A stretch of DNA of 64,000 nucleotides, taken from Oikopleura dioica (Eukaryota; Animalia; Chordata). Made by a program: the position numbers and the translations under genes. Below are positions 1-12,005 of this stretch, one piece after another; the first letter of the stretch is position 1, and each line of letters starts with the position of its first letter. The notes under the pieces were generated by a model that had not been told where the DNA came from, did not search any database, and worked only from the letters and a program-made list of their open reading frames with translations. The DNA lies in the NCBI GenBank assembly GCA_907165135.1, contig OU015568.1, forward strand, positions 4,774,001 to 4,838,000, written 5' to 3'.

Positions 1-216
1 AGGACAGGGGAGTACAACGAACAAGGCCACGTCTAAGCCGGAAAATCCGATGCTCACGACGATTTTACCTCATCAACTTGGATCGTGATATTTTGAAAGA
101 TCATGGTTAAAATTCAATGAAAAAAAATTTTCTTCCGTAATCTTTAGGCCTCGGACGTAAAAAAGACGATTTTCACCTTGTCCAATATTTTCAGACATTA
201 AATTGGGGAGGTTTTT

Positions 217-348
217 GGAACCGACAAAAATTTGGACAAATTTTGCGTGGAAATTTTCAACCAATAAGAAACACGGATTCGGCTCACTGGCCAATCAGCA
301 GTCGAGTAGCCGCCCACGCAAAATTTGTCGAAATTTTTTGTCGATTCC
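217..348. mobile_element. MITE family B (about 33-bp TIRs, internal CCAAT boxes)
   Basis: GGAACCGACAAAAATTTGGACAAATTTTGCGTGG at 217 is the near-perfect reverse complement of CCACGCAAAATTTGTCGAAATTTTTTGTCGATTCC ending at 348. The interior has CCAATAAG and CCAATCAG. A similar element lies at 56692-56782. Confidence 0.6.
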
Positions 349-576
349 TGATCTTTGGTCGGATCCCCATAAAATTGTCCGTTTCGACAATTTTTCCCAT
401 ATAATCGTTTTTTCGACAAATAATTGGACCGTTTAACATATTTTTTTTTGCAAACCAGAGTCAAAGAATTTAGTAAAATCATGTTTTATATCCAAAAAGC
501 CCGTTGAAACAAGAGAATCTCAATATTTTTATTTTGGAAAAGCCTTTTGTGTTATCTTAATAAAAACATTGATTAC

Positions 577-2612
577 CTTGAAGTCTGTCCCCATTTAACA
601 GTCTAGCTGTCTTGCCCTTCAATGCTCTTCCTTGAAGAATAATGTAATAATTCTCCGATCTGTTGTTTTCTTTACAAAGAACTCGGCCAGAATTGAAATG
701 CTCCAAATGCGCACATTTGCAGATTTCAAGTTGGATTTCCATGTTGAAGCTTGAAATTGGAGGAAAAATTCCAATCGCCCGGGCGCTCGTTTCCAGAAGG
801 GATTGGGACTTGCGGAGAGAGGAGGGGAGGCGCAGGTATCGGCGGACGGAGGAGTGGATGTTCAAACTAGAATGAAAACCTGTGTAGAAAACCTGAGTTA
901 GGGTCTGAAAAATTTCTAATGAAAAAAAGCGAATGATCGGTCAGACCCTGACTCAGGTTTTCTACTCAGGTCCGACTCGGCAATGCCGAGCCAAGCTTTT
1001 TGACTAGCAGAAATAAGGGTGTCAACAAGTTAATTTCATAAGAAAAAACTATTTATCAACTGTCAGTTAAATGCTCTAAATCACTGTTGATTCGTTTAAT
1101 CTCTTCTGACTAAATGGATAAGTCCAAAGTCAAAACTGTCAATTCAAGATTTACGCCCGTCGTTTTTAATTCCAGTCAATGTCAAAATTATTGAAATAGC
1201 CCAACTCACGTATTGCCGACTTTGTAGAGCGCAGGATTGAAAACTTCGTTTCCCAACTTCATCTTTTCCGTCAGCTCGGATCTCTGACGAAGCAGCTTGG
1301 AAAATCGTTCTTCAGAAGATTCGTCGTTGAATTTTACTGACTTTAAAACGCCTCTAATTACAGTCAACTTACTGTCAAAGAAAGTAGTCTTACCCAGCTC
1401 GAAGAAGAATAATCGTCTTTCTGACTGCCCGAACAAATCTCTCTAGAAACGAAGATCAGCTCAACTTTTTCCGACTTGTAGGAAGTGTTTTTTGAAAAAA
1501 AAAATGGAACTTACGGCGGGGAATGTTGATTTTCAATACACCTGCACGTCGCTCGGGTATCATCGGCATCCAGGGGAAATCGATAAACTCTGATAGAGTC
1601 TAAAATTGGATACGAGTTATTCTCAAATTTAAGGGCGTGCATTCGTTATTTTTTAAATGGGTCAAGGCAAGTGGAGGGTATTTATTCTAACTTTGATGTC
1701 GAAAAATAACGCTTTGATACCCTTAATTTTTGCCCTTAATAAAGGGTCTCTCCGAGTCGAGAACTTGTGTAGAAAACCTGAGTCAGGTTCTGAAATATAG
1801 TCTAAAAATCTGACTCAGGTTTCTTTCACAGGCTCCCGAGCTCAGTTAAGGGCAAAGCTTTCTCTGTGTTCAGTATTCTGACTTTGATCGAGCAGAATGG
1901 ATCCCCTTATTGGCACCGCTAAACCAACACTTCTATTGTTTTTGCTCAGAAAGTTCTCTGCCCATCACCTGGCTACCGTCTTGTTTTTTGTCTCTCCCGA
2001 AAAACCAGATCTTACTTGATTTTTTGAAAATCTTCTGAAACTTCTAAACATCTTTGAATCTGATCTCTCAAAACAAAGATTCAGGCAGAGGCAAGATGCA
2101 AAAATCTGATGTCAATAGAAATTAATCCGGGCGGGGTACTTTCAAGATTAAAAGTTTCCCAAGCGGGAAGTCCACGATCCGCAATATTTTGAGGAAGCAA
2201 CTCAGGAAGCACCAAGTCGGAGGACTTATTTGAACCAGAACTTTTCTACGGAGTTTTTTCACTGATCTAACATGGTGACGCCCTTATTTGATTTCATCAA
2301 ATTAAGAAGAAACATTCATTTAAATTTTTTGGCTATGATTTTGAGACAAAAACTGAGCGTGGTAAGGGTTTTTACTAAGGAAGGTTAGGGTAAAGTTTAA
2401 GGGTGTAGAGGGTTTAAGGTGAAGAATATCTTTTGAAATACAATAATTGATGGGTAGACCCTTAAATCGATAATCCAAACACTAACGGAAAATGAATCAT
2501 CAGAAATTTAGTCGAGCATAATAAGGGTATTTCCTCAAAAAGCTAGCTAGGGAAGGCTTTACTGTACCTGATTTCTTTTAAGATGAAGCCTGAGATCCTT
2601 GAGTGTCTCCAT
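577..2612 (-). CDS. Cyclic-nucleotide-binding-domain protein (CNBD1/2-like), multi-exon, 3' end not resolved
   Basis: Exon 866-577 reads FNMEIQLEICKCAHLEHFNSGRVLCKENNRSENYYIILQG, a cNMP-binding-domain signature. Upstream exons join in phase through GT-AG introns (ERFVRAVRKTIILLRA|GGVLKSVKF...VGNT|LNIHSS). Putative first exon METLKDLRLHLKRNQ|gt at 2612-2568. Confidence 0.65.
878..971. mobile_element. MITE family A (TIR AACCTGTGTAGAAAACCTGAGTCAGGGTCTGA), intronic
   Basis: Inverted arms ACCTGTGTAGAAAACCTGAGTTAGGGTCTGA ... TCAGACCCTGACTCAGGTTTTCTACTCAGGT. Confidence 0.8.
1763..1833. mobile_element. MITE family A, short copy
   Basis: TGTGTAGAAAACCTGAGTCAGG ... TGACTCAGGTTTCTTTCACAGG. Confidence 0.75.
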
Positions 2613-2983
2613 TTTTTCTTTCGACTTCAAGTTCTTCCTCTTCACCGGAAATTCAAAAATGCTCTGACAAACTCTCCTTATTCCCGTTTTTTTTCTTTGT
2701 TTATTGTGTACCAAAAAGAGTCAAGAAGTGGCGAAGTTGCACTAAGCCCCTCACATCCGTCGCATCCGCCGTAAAGACGGCATCGTAACCATTTAAATAA
2801 ACAGAAGCGAAGGTCAGATGCCACTGAAAAAGAAGAATTTTCAAACAGACAGGTGTCAGAATATTTAGCTAAGGGACCGCAGCTTCGTGGAGTTGACAAA
2901 TTTTGGAGGAGCGTGGGAATGTTTTTAGAAGCTACTTTTTTGAGTGAAAAACATAATCAAATCAAGACCAAGAAGGTCTAAGC

Positions 2984-2989
2984 TCTAGA
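2984..2989 (+). promoter_or_regulatory. TCTAGA motif about 50 nt upstream of the CUB gene ATG; also at 5559/5570 and 6996 for copies 2 and 3
   Basis: CTCTAGAATACT occupies the same position before all three paralogs. TCTAGA is a described Oikopleura core-promoter motif linked to male/testis transcription (recalled from the literature, not checked). Confidence 0.45.
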
Positions 2990-3038
2990 ATACTTAATTG
3001 ATTATGTTTTCGGTTTGAAGGAAATCTTCAGTTGGAAA

Positions 3039-5069
3039 ATGTCGTATTTTAACGATCAGGGCTCAAAAGAGGATCTGTGGGCTTCGTATGGTAATGGTAA
3101 GAAACTGTACTTATATCCGCAAAATAAGAAATAATGAAGCGGCGTCAGATCAAGCATTTTCATTCTCACCTCAGCCTACCAATGAAGCGTCCATCCCTAT
3201 GGCAGGTTCGATCGCAACTCCCGAAGCGCCTGTTCATCCAACTCCACCTAAGGCAGGCGATTATCTCCCTCAACCATCCGTTCCGTTAGCAGGTGCCCCT
3301 GAACCACCTCCTCAGCAGCAACATGCTTATCCAACTGAGCAACCTCTTCCACTCGACGCGCATTTTTCTGGAATTTCTGAAACTCTTTCTTATTCAACTT
3401 CCTCATCGATGACTTCTTACTCAAGTGATCTCCCGTCGAATTCCCGAAGAAGAAAACAAATGGATGATGATGTCTTAATGGACTACATTTTGCGCTGTTT
3501 CTGTTGCTCGATCGTGTTGTTTCTCACGCTTGTTTTTGTCGGATGGATATTATGGGGAGATAATGAACACCATTACGATGGAGGGCCACCACTTGGATCA
3601 CCTCAGAATCCGTTCGTCTTCGCATCCAGTTTCGTCGACCAAGGGAGCATTGATAATCAAACAGTCAACATTTGCGATGGCAATTTCGAATACGACGTCT
3701 CTTCTTTTGGACACTTTCAGTAAAGGCCCGCTTTTAAAACTGTATATTTATTTTTTCAGGTCACCAAATTACCCGAGGAACTATTTTTCCGGCGCTTCCT
3801 GCACGAATAAATTCACCTCGACAAGCAACGGCATCACCTTCGAATTTGTCAACTTTCACTTACAAGCATTGCTTGAAGGAAGTTACGATTACGTCGTTTT
3901 TCAGGATGCAAATAATAAGCGTTATCCATTTTCGAATCCTGTGGAGGTATTGTCTTAAGGAGGTCGATATCAAGAAAAAAATTTTCCATTTTTTCGCTTC
4001 AAACTTTTTCTACGTATAGTTTCGAGGTCAAGGAGAAAACTTGTTAGCAAAAATTTTTTAATGAGACCACGTGATTTTTCACAAAATCGCCTCTAAAATC
4101 TCGAAAATTTGCCCTTTTTATAATAGATCGACCAATTTTTAGTAATTAAATACGTAATTACTTAGTTTTCGTCCAAAAAACATTAACAGAAACCCCTGGG
4201 AACATTTATAGAATGATTTTAATACTGCTGAATAAAAATTCAAAATTTTATATTTTCGTTGAAAATTGCGAATAACAGGAAATCGAATATTTTCTAAAAA
4301 ATATTTTTGAAATTTTAAATTCTGGCCTTCATAGGATCTAGACAAGGGTCTTATCTAACTACTGCGAAGAAAATATATTCCGCCCAATATATGGGTTTCG
4401 AGAAAAGTCTGCCAAGAAAATGGTCATTTTTAGCGATTTCTGAGTTTTCAAAGCCATTTTTTACGATTTTTTTCTGGGAATTTAGAAATCGGCCTTCCAT
4501 AGGCACGAGATAAGGGCCTCAACTCTTTATTAAAACAAAAAAATCATCGGTCACTATGTTAGGATTGGGAGAAAAGTCTGCCAGAAAATCCCGATTCTTG
4601 ATATCTACCTCCTTAATTAGCCAAGCCGTCTATTTATCAAAATAAGAGCAACTATTGGAGAGGAGTTCGAATTTCGTTCGATTCACCAGATGTCCGCGTT
4701 CTTTTTGTCTCCGACTACGACTTTGAAGACACTGGATTCAACATGAAAATCATCGATGGATACGAGGAATCAAACGACATCGAGACTCAGTGGCCGCAAT
4801 TTAAAACTCAAATGCCCTACTTACCTATGGGCTGGGGTCGGCAAACGGACAGCAAAGGCAATCGCCCTCTAGAATTGCCTACCGGATACAGTAAAAACCC
4901 AAAAATTGGCCGGTTTTCAGATGTGAATTCCCAAGAAAAGCGGCCAAATTTTGGGTTTTTCGCCGGGTGGCCAAGATTCCCCTTCAAAAAGCAAAGTTTC
5001 GAAATTTTCGAAAATCGGCATGATTTTCACATTTTTGATGATTTTTTTTTCAAATTTTTGCATGTTTGA
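3039..5069 (+). CDS. Type-II membrane CUB-domain protein, copy 1 (C-terminus altered by an insertion)
   Basis: Exons 3039-3096, 3140-3719, 3760-3946, 4647-(5069). Pro-rich N-terminus, Cys-rich juxtamembrane segment plus TM (CFCCSIVLFLTLVFVGWILW), CUB core CDGN...FQSPNYP...C...FEF...YDYV...VLFVSD...GF. The last exon runs into a TIR element at about 4831. Confidence 0.8.
3959..4612. mobile_element. Non-autonomous DNA transposon, TTAA target, GG termini (Kolobok-like), in intron 3 of CUB copy 1
   Basis: TTAA|GGAGGTCGATATCAAGAA ... TTCTTGATATCTACCTCC|TTAA (18-bp TIR, 1 mismatch). Absent from the short homologous introns of copies 2 and 3. Confidence 0.8.
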
Positions 5070-5319
5070 AGACATTCTTATTAGAATTTAGTTATTTTCA
5101 ATGATTAAAACACTTTTAAAAAGCTGAAAATGATCAGAAATGGCATCATTTGGGCCCAATTCTGATGGAAAATTTCTTATTTTTGAAAAAGCGGCCAATT
5201 TTTGGGTTGATTTCAGGTTCCAAAAAAGGCTGATTTTTACATAAAGCGGCCAAATTTCGGGTGGGCAATTTTTGGGTTTTCACTGTACGATTATTTGATG
5301 TCCAGTTGCCGACCCCAGC
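4831..5319. mobile_element. TIR element inserted in the last exon of CUB copy 1
   Basis: GCTGGGGTCGGCAAACGGACA ... TGTCCAGTTGCCGACCCCAGC (21 bp, 2 mismatches), with internal GCGGCCAAATTTTGGGT repeats. No clear TSD. The TIR resembles that of the 29790 element. Confidence 0.65.
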
Positions 5320-5329
5320 ATGTAGGCTA

Positions 5330-5520
5330 TCCCTGATCTTTTCAATTACAAATATATTTTTTTGACTTTGTTCAACATTTTCTATAAAGAAAAATAACGC
5401 TGGAGTCTTCATTGTCTTCTTTTTGATCCTTGAGAGCATTGCATTCTCCGCTTGTTTGCGGGGCTTCGAAGACGGAAATATGGAAAGTTTCGTGGAATCG
5501 GATGTTTTGTATGTTTCGCT
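5330..5520 (-). pseudogene. Orphan duplicate of the 3' end of the 8314-9006 gene
   Basis: High similarity to 8270-8460 (GAGTCTTCATTGTC...TTCGAAGACG...GGAAAGTTTCGTGGA.TCG.ATGTTTTG). No matching 5' exons follow. Confidence 0.7.
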
Positions 5521-5623
5521 TAATTAAGAAAGTCGACCGAAGACCAAGTACCTAAGACTCTAGAATACTTCTAGAATACTAATGAACTATGTTTTTGGTT
5601 TGAAGAAAATCTTCAGTTGAATA

Positions 5624-6750
5624 ATGTCGTATTTTAACGATAAGGATTCGAAAGAGGATCCTTGGGCTTCGTATGGAAATTTTCCTTCTTATTCCTTTGG
5701 GGATCAAGCTACAAATGGTAAATTACTGTTATTTCCGCAAAAATATGAAATAATTAAGCGGCGTCTGATCAACCGGCATTCTCATTTTCGACTCAGCCTG
5801 AGTCATTTGCTCCTACCACTGAACCATCCTTTTCTATGGCAGCTTCTTTCGCTGCTCCTGAAGGTCCTGTTGACTCGACTCCGCCAAAACATGTCAATTA
5901 TATCGCTGAACCGCCCATTCCTCCTCAACCATCTGTTGACTCAACTCCCAAAGAGCCAATTGCTTCCTCATCTGAGCAAGTTCTTCCATCACTGACTTCT
6001 TCCTCCAGCGATCTCCCATCAATTCCGATCCCGAATTATCATCCTCATTCTCCAAAAACAGAAAATAATGGCGAATCAGAATTTGATTCAGGTAGCTTCG
6101 AGAAATGCCTCAAATGCTGTTGTTGTGGTTTCCTTCTGTTAATTTTTCTCAGCGTGATGTTTGGAAAGGATGATGGACCACCACTTGGAACACCTTCAAA
6201 CCCGTTCCCCTTCGCATCCAGTTTCGTCGACCAAGGTAGCATTGATGATCAAACAGTCAACATTTGCGATGGCAATTTTGAGTACAGCGTCTCTTCTTCC
6301 GGACATTTCCAGTTAACCAACTTTTCAATTGACACTGGCATATTTTTCTTTTAGATCGCCAAATTATCCAATGGACTATCCTTTCAACACTGAGTGCACG
6401 AATAGATTCACCTCGATGAGCGACGGCATCACCTTTGAATTTGTCAATTTTGAAACAGAAGTTTTCCATGATTCTGTTGTCTTTCAAGATGCAAGGAACG
6501 AGCATTATCAATTCACTGGACCCTTTGAGGTACGCTCGTAAATTCAGGGTTGTCGCCTATTTTTCAAAATAAGAAAAACAAGTGGAATGGAGCCCGATTT
6601 TCGTTCAATTCATCTGATGTCGAGGTCCTTTTCGTTTCCGACGCCAACGGAGAAGAAACTGGATTCAATATAAAAATCATCGATGGATACGAGGCATCAA
6701 ACGACATCGACGCTCTATGGCCGCAATTTGCAGCAGATATGCCCATGTAA
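5624..6750 (+). CDS. Type-II membrane CUB-domain protein, copy 2
   Basis: Same exon layout as copy 1 (introns 5718-5758 and two more short GT-AG introns). TM CLKCCCCGFLLLIFLSVMFG, then CUB. C-terminus ends MPM*, shorter than copy 3. Confidence 0.85.
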
Positions 6751-6769
6751 AACCGCTGATCTTTTTATC

Positions 6770-6960
6770 TTCAAATATATAATTTCGGTTTTCTACTTCT
6801 TTGTTTTCAGCTTTTTTTTATACAGAAAAAGTTTCGCCAGAGTCTTCATTGTCTTCTTTTTGATCTTTGAGAGCATTACATTCTTCGTATGTTAGCGGTG
6901 CTTCGAAGACGAGAATTTGGAAAGTTTCGTGGAGTCGGATGTTTTGCATGTTTCGCTTAA
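6770..6960 (-). pseudogene. Second orphan duplicate of the 3' end of the 8314-9006 gene
   Basis: Similar to 5330-5520 and 8270-8460. Confidence 0.7.
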
Positions 6961-7048
6961 TTAAGAAAGCTGACTGAAGACCAAGTACCTAAGACTCTAG
7001 AATACTCTGAACAATGTTTTTGGTTTGAAGAAAATCTTCAGTTGAAAA

Positions 7049-8257
7049 ATGTCGTATTTTAACGATCAGGGTTCGAAAGAGGATCCATGGGCTTCGTATG
7101 GAAATATTCCTTCTTATTCTTTTGGAGATCAAGCTACAAATGGTCAGCTACTGTTATTTCCGAAAAATATGAAATAATTAAGCTGCACCTGATCAAGGTG
7201 CATTCTCTTTCTCGACCCAGCCAGAGTCATTCGTTCCTACCACTGAACCGTCCGTTCCTATGGCAGGTTCTTTCGCAACTCCCGAAGCTCCTGTTTATTC
7301 AACTCTACCTAAGGCAGGCGATTTTATCGCTCAACCATCCGCTCCTTTCACTGGTGCTCCTGAACCACCTCCTCAGCAGCAAAATGTTTATCCAAATCAG
7401 CAAGATCTTTCACTCGGATCTTCTTCTCTTTCATATTCGACAACCGCATCATTGTCTTCCTATTCAAGCGATCTACCATCAAACGAAATCCCGAATTATC
7501 AGTCTGACAATCCGTATACGAAAAAGAAGCCGACGGAGAATGATTCCGAGAACTGGAAAGCTTTTCGCGGATGCTGTTTGTCTATTACATTTTTCGTCGC
7601 CTATATTACTTCTGCAGTGATTTTCGGTGGTGGGCCGCCATTTGGAACGCCTGAGAACCCATTCGTCTTCGCATCAAGTTTCGTAGACAAAGGAAGCATT
7701 GATGATCAAATAGTCTACGTCTGTGATGGCCATTTCGAATACAACGTTTCTTCCTTCGGACAACTCCAGTAAAAATCCTTTTTTTACCGATCAATTATTC
7801 TTTTTCAGATCTCCGAATTTCCCGGGCAACTATATTCCGAACGCTGAGTGTACGAATAGATTCACCTCGTCAAGCGACGGCATCACCTTCGAATTTCTCC
7901 ATTTTGAAGTAGAGCAATCTTACGATTATGTCGTTTTTCAAGATGAAAATGACGAGCTTTATCCATTTTCTGATCCTATTGAGGTATCCCCACAAATTAA
8001 TAATCCACATTATTCCAATTAATTTTAAGAGATTAAATTGGAATGGAATTCGAATTTCATTCAATTCATCTGATGTCGAGGTCCTTTTTGTCTCCGACTC
8101 CCAATTAGAACAACCTGGATTCAACATAAAAATCATCGATGGATACGAGGAATCAAACGACATCGAGGCAAAATGGCCGCAATTGGTAGCAAATATGCCC
8201 TATTTGCCATGCCCTTACATAAGGGACCCTAATGTTGCCTGCGATAACGGACCCTGA
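7049..8257 (+). CDS. Type-II membrane CUB-domain protein, copy 3 (most complete C-terminus)
   Basis: ATG at 7049. TM GCCLSITFFVAYITSAVIFG, CUB, and tail MPYLPCPYIRDPNVACDNGP*. Confidence 0.85.
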
Positions 8258-8313
8258 TTTTGTCAATTTCAAATAAATATTTTCGATTTTCTACTTCTTT
8301 GTTTTCGGCTTTT

Positions 8314-9006
8314 TTATACAGAAAAAATTTCGCTTGAGTCTTCATTGTCTACTTCGTCTTCATGATCTTTCAGAACGTTGCATTCTTCGTATGTTGGCGG
8401 TGCTTCGAAGACGGGAATATGAAAAGTTTCGTGGAATCGAATGTTTTGCATGTTTTGGAAAAAAGGAATCAGGGATCGGTCTTCCAGGATCGAGCTCAAA
8501 TACGATGGCGGATCGGATCGGTTGTCGATTTCGACGTCTTCTCGGTTCTGAAATGCGCTAATAGCATTGTTAAAGGGGGGAAAAGAGTACATTTGGACGA
8601 GCAGCTCGTCTTGAAAGTCCATATTGCCGAGCAAGTGAGACTGGTGGAGGGCGGCTGTTGAGATACCGCTGGACTGGGCCTTCGAGGAGAATCGCAATTA
8701 CAGTAGTGCAGAGAGAAATCATCAGGATCAACATGTACCACGACTGAAAAGAGGAATTTGATAAAGGGTAAGGGAAGGTCCGTCATATTTCAACGAGAAA
8801 GACCTTGAAATTGTTCCATATTGAGTATGTGAAATTGCCCGTTCTGCCTGTTTTGCTTGTATTAATACTGTTGATCTCACCTGATCAAGAATAATATCCG
8901 CATCGACAATTCTGAATCCGATAATCACGACTAGAATAATCATCGCCGCGACCCAAAGACACACCAAATATTTTTTCAGCTTCTCGACATTTCCGATTCC
9001 TCTCAT
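8314..9006 (-). CDS. Small two-TM membrane protein with a C-terminal tail carrying two PPxY motifs
   Basis: TM1 YLVCLWVAAMIILVVIIGF. TM2 WYMLILMISLCTTVIAILL lies in an exon not in the ORF track. A 43-nt GT-AG intron joins in phase 0 to NREDVEID...DPPSY...APPTYEEC. The join upstream of TM2 needs a GA-AG intron or similar. Confidence 0.55.
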
Positions 9007-11393
9007 GTTCTCTTCTCTATTTTTTCAAAATAATAATTTGCGTAAGAATTTGCGGCTTTTATGTCTCTTTCAATATCACTTGTTTTGAATGGTAATTTAT
9101 CATGCTGAAATCGGCTCTTGCCGAAAAAGACTGAGGCAATCATTTTCCGTCAAAACAGCTCTCAAGTCGCCCGGACACTAGATTTTTTATCGGCATGTTG
9201 TTGGGAAAAGAAATTGGCCCTCGGGTCAGAATAAAAGCAGGAAAAAAATCGTCGAAAAAATCATTGTTTTCGGCCTTTTTTCATTTTGAAATCAACGAAG
9301 ACTCCTTCAAAATCCTTCAAAATCACCGCCGCCTAAAAAATTTTCATCCAAAAACGCTCTTTTCCGCCCATTTTTCATCGTTTTAACCCTCCTTGACCCT
9401 TGTAAAGAGCATTTCTGAGCGACAAACGGGCGCCGTAGTCTCCCAGACAGAGAAATGCCATGACCCTGCTCGAAGCGTCTTTCTGTTGGAAAATGCATTC
9501 AGCTGAATTCATATCGTCTTATCGTCTTGTTGACGAGCTGAGGATGGATGGTTGGCCTTATCGGTGTCGATGACGATTATTTTTGTCTGAAAAAAAAGGT
9601 TTATTTGGAAATACATTGTTAAATTAGCGTAATTCTTTTTGGTCGAAGCTACTAGAAGGGGTTAATTGTGTGATTTGAGAAAAAATGGAGCGTGATGAAT
9701 TTTTGATTATCAATTCAAATTAATAACTGGAAAGATAAATGCTTCGTCAGATATTTTATTGCATAGATGTCAATGAAAAGTGACTCTCAATTTAATGATT
9801 TGATCGGCATGAGAGCTTAATTATCAATAACCAGTGAGATGAAATAAGTATATTTCGCAATTTCGAAGAAAACTGTTTTTACAGGAAAAAGTTTATATGG
9901 ACTCAAAAATGGTTAAAAAGCAACAGTTTTTTAGATTCCCGGTAATGGGTAATCATGATTATTATTATTAACAAGTTGACGTCTATTTTGGAAGGTGACC
10001 CTGGTTTTCGAATTATTTACAGTAATACCGTCTTTTTCTGAATACGGCATTCAGAAATTCATTATGCATTAGGGGCGCGTTCAAGTCTCAACTTTATTAG
10101 AGTAAGCACGCTGTATTAGCGCGAAATGCGGGATTTATTCGCAATAATGAGATTGAATTCGATAGGCATTTGACCTAGCAATTTCAACTGACCAATATGA
10201 AAGATTGAATACAGGAATAAATAATGCCAAGGGAGTTTATTAATCGATTGAAACAAATCTGATGAGCGGTTCATCATGAACCCTACTTCTTCTGGAAGAA
10301 ACCTGATACAAACTTTGGACTTATGAGCTTTTTTTGTGACAAGTTACTTCAGTTTTTGAAGCTTTTTGACATTTTTTTTTTCTGAGAAGTTCTGTGTGAG
10401 AACTCTGAAAAGGGTATTCTAGATATTTATAACAAATGCGCTCGTTCTGGAATAACTACAGTACGAGTGACTCGAGTCTGCTTTTCTTCGTACGCAAATT
10501 AATAGAAAATTCGCGTTCTAATAACAGATAAGCCACCTTGGAAAAGACCGTTGTGAATAAATTATCGGAGAATCAAGAATGACGACTCACGCGGGCTAAA
10601 TCTCCAAGAGCTCTCCTGCTCAATAAGTATCAATTATGTACACTGTGCCACCCAAACACTCGTATAAAAACTCGCCGTAGGCAAAAATCATTCCAAAGAT
10701 TTTCCACATCGAAACTTTTAAATTATAAAAAGAAAAAGAAAATGCTTTTTGGTATTTTGCGAAGGGTCAAAAATATAATAAACTAAACATCCTACTACTG
10801 CCGCCCCCCCTTGAGCGCAAAAAAGGGGGCGGGAGTAAAGGAACCCATGTATTTGAAAATTCTTGACCAAAAAACAGTCCCTGATATTCTCGGCTTCTGC
10901 CCAATTCAACGGAGCCCCGGAATTTATGAGAAGAGGCAACGATATGGTCCAGGTAACACTTTTTAAAATACAACCCTTGACGAGATTTAAGGGGACCCCC
11001 CCTTTTTATCAAAGTCGTTTAATGAATTTTAAAGATGAAGGATCTCAAAGAGGTAAAAATTAAGCACCAAGTACTTCAGCTTGTTTCACCATTTTTTACA
11101 GAGCAAAAATAATTTTGCTCGAAATTATTAAAATTATTGAAAAATGTGAATTTTCAAAACCTTATTCTTGAAATTTAGAATTATAAAAACTACTTGATGA
11201 ATCCGATCGACGACGACGCTGGCTCTATGAGCGATTTTCTTCTCAGAAAACGCGGCTTCCGACTTTAAAAATTAATTTCTTTATCAAAATAAATTGGAAA
11301 AGAATCTCCATTTCCTGGCAAAATAAATTTGACTTCAAAGCAACTCTGGTCATTTATGGTTGACTCAGGCCCTGTGTTTTCGATTCAGGCGGG

Positions 11394-11541
11394 GCTCGCC
11401 AAACTGTTTAGAAAACCTGAGTCAGGGTCTGAAAGATCTCTGTTAAAAAGTGACCTTGCTAGAATTCGATTATTTATTGATAAGGAAAATTTGCGAGATC
11501 TTTCAGACCCTGACTCAGGTTTTCTTCACAGGTTGGCGAGC
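11394..11541. mobile_element. MITE family A, long-TIR copy, within a cluster of fragments (11350-11670)
   Basis: 47-bp arms GCTCGCCAAACTGTTTAGAAAACCTGAGTCAGGGTCTGAAAGATCTC and its reverse complement, 3 mismatches. Confidence 0.85.
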
Positions 11542-12005
11542 CCAGGACTCAGGTCCTGAGTCAGTGTAAATGAGGCTTAGACGCGGGGTCAGGTAAACTC
11601 CTGATTTCACAGGTCAGGGTGGCTAAAAACAGGAATCAGGTTCCCTGACTCAGATTTTTACACAGGGCAACTAACAGCAACCAGCTGAAGATAATCACAG
11701 GAGAAAAACATAAGCGTGAAAAATATTTTCTCGTTATCTCGAAAACTCTTGACACTGATCCAGAACGGCAATAAACACATTTCAACCCTTTCTACTACTC
11801 CCTCCCGTCACTATTCTGCCCCTCCTGACTTTTAACTCCACAACTCATTTCATCAATTCAACAAAACCCTTTCAAAAAGTTCTTTTCAAAAAGACTCAAA
11901 AACTCATGATTATCGATAAAAGAGATTCTGCGATGCGAGAAGTGACGAAAATTTCAGGCGCTGCGGAAGGTGCAAATAGCATAAAAGGAAGGAAAGGGGA
12001 TCAAG

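Noticed and set aside
2360-2420. Telomere-like TTAGGG/TTAAGG runs (also 32680-32725 and 34261-34300)
   Set aside because: Short and degenerate; compatible with low-complexity drift.
9100-9540. Exon-like minus-strand stretches (ECIFQQKDASSRVMAFLCLGDYGARL...)
   Set aside because: No start, consistent splice chain or domain could be established.
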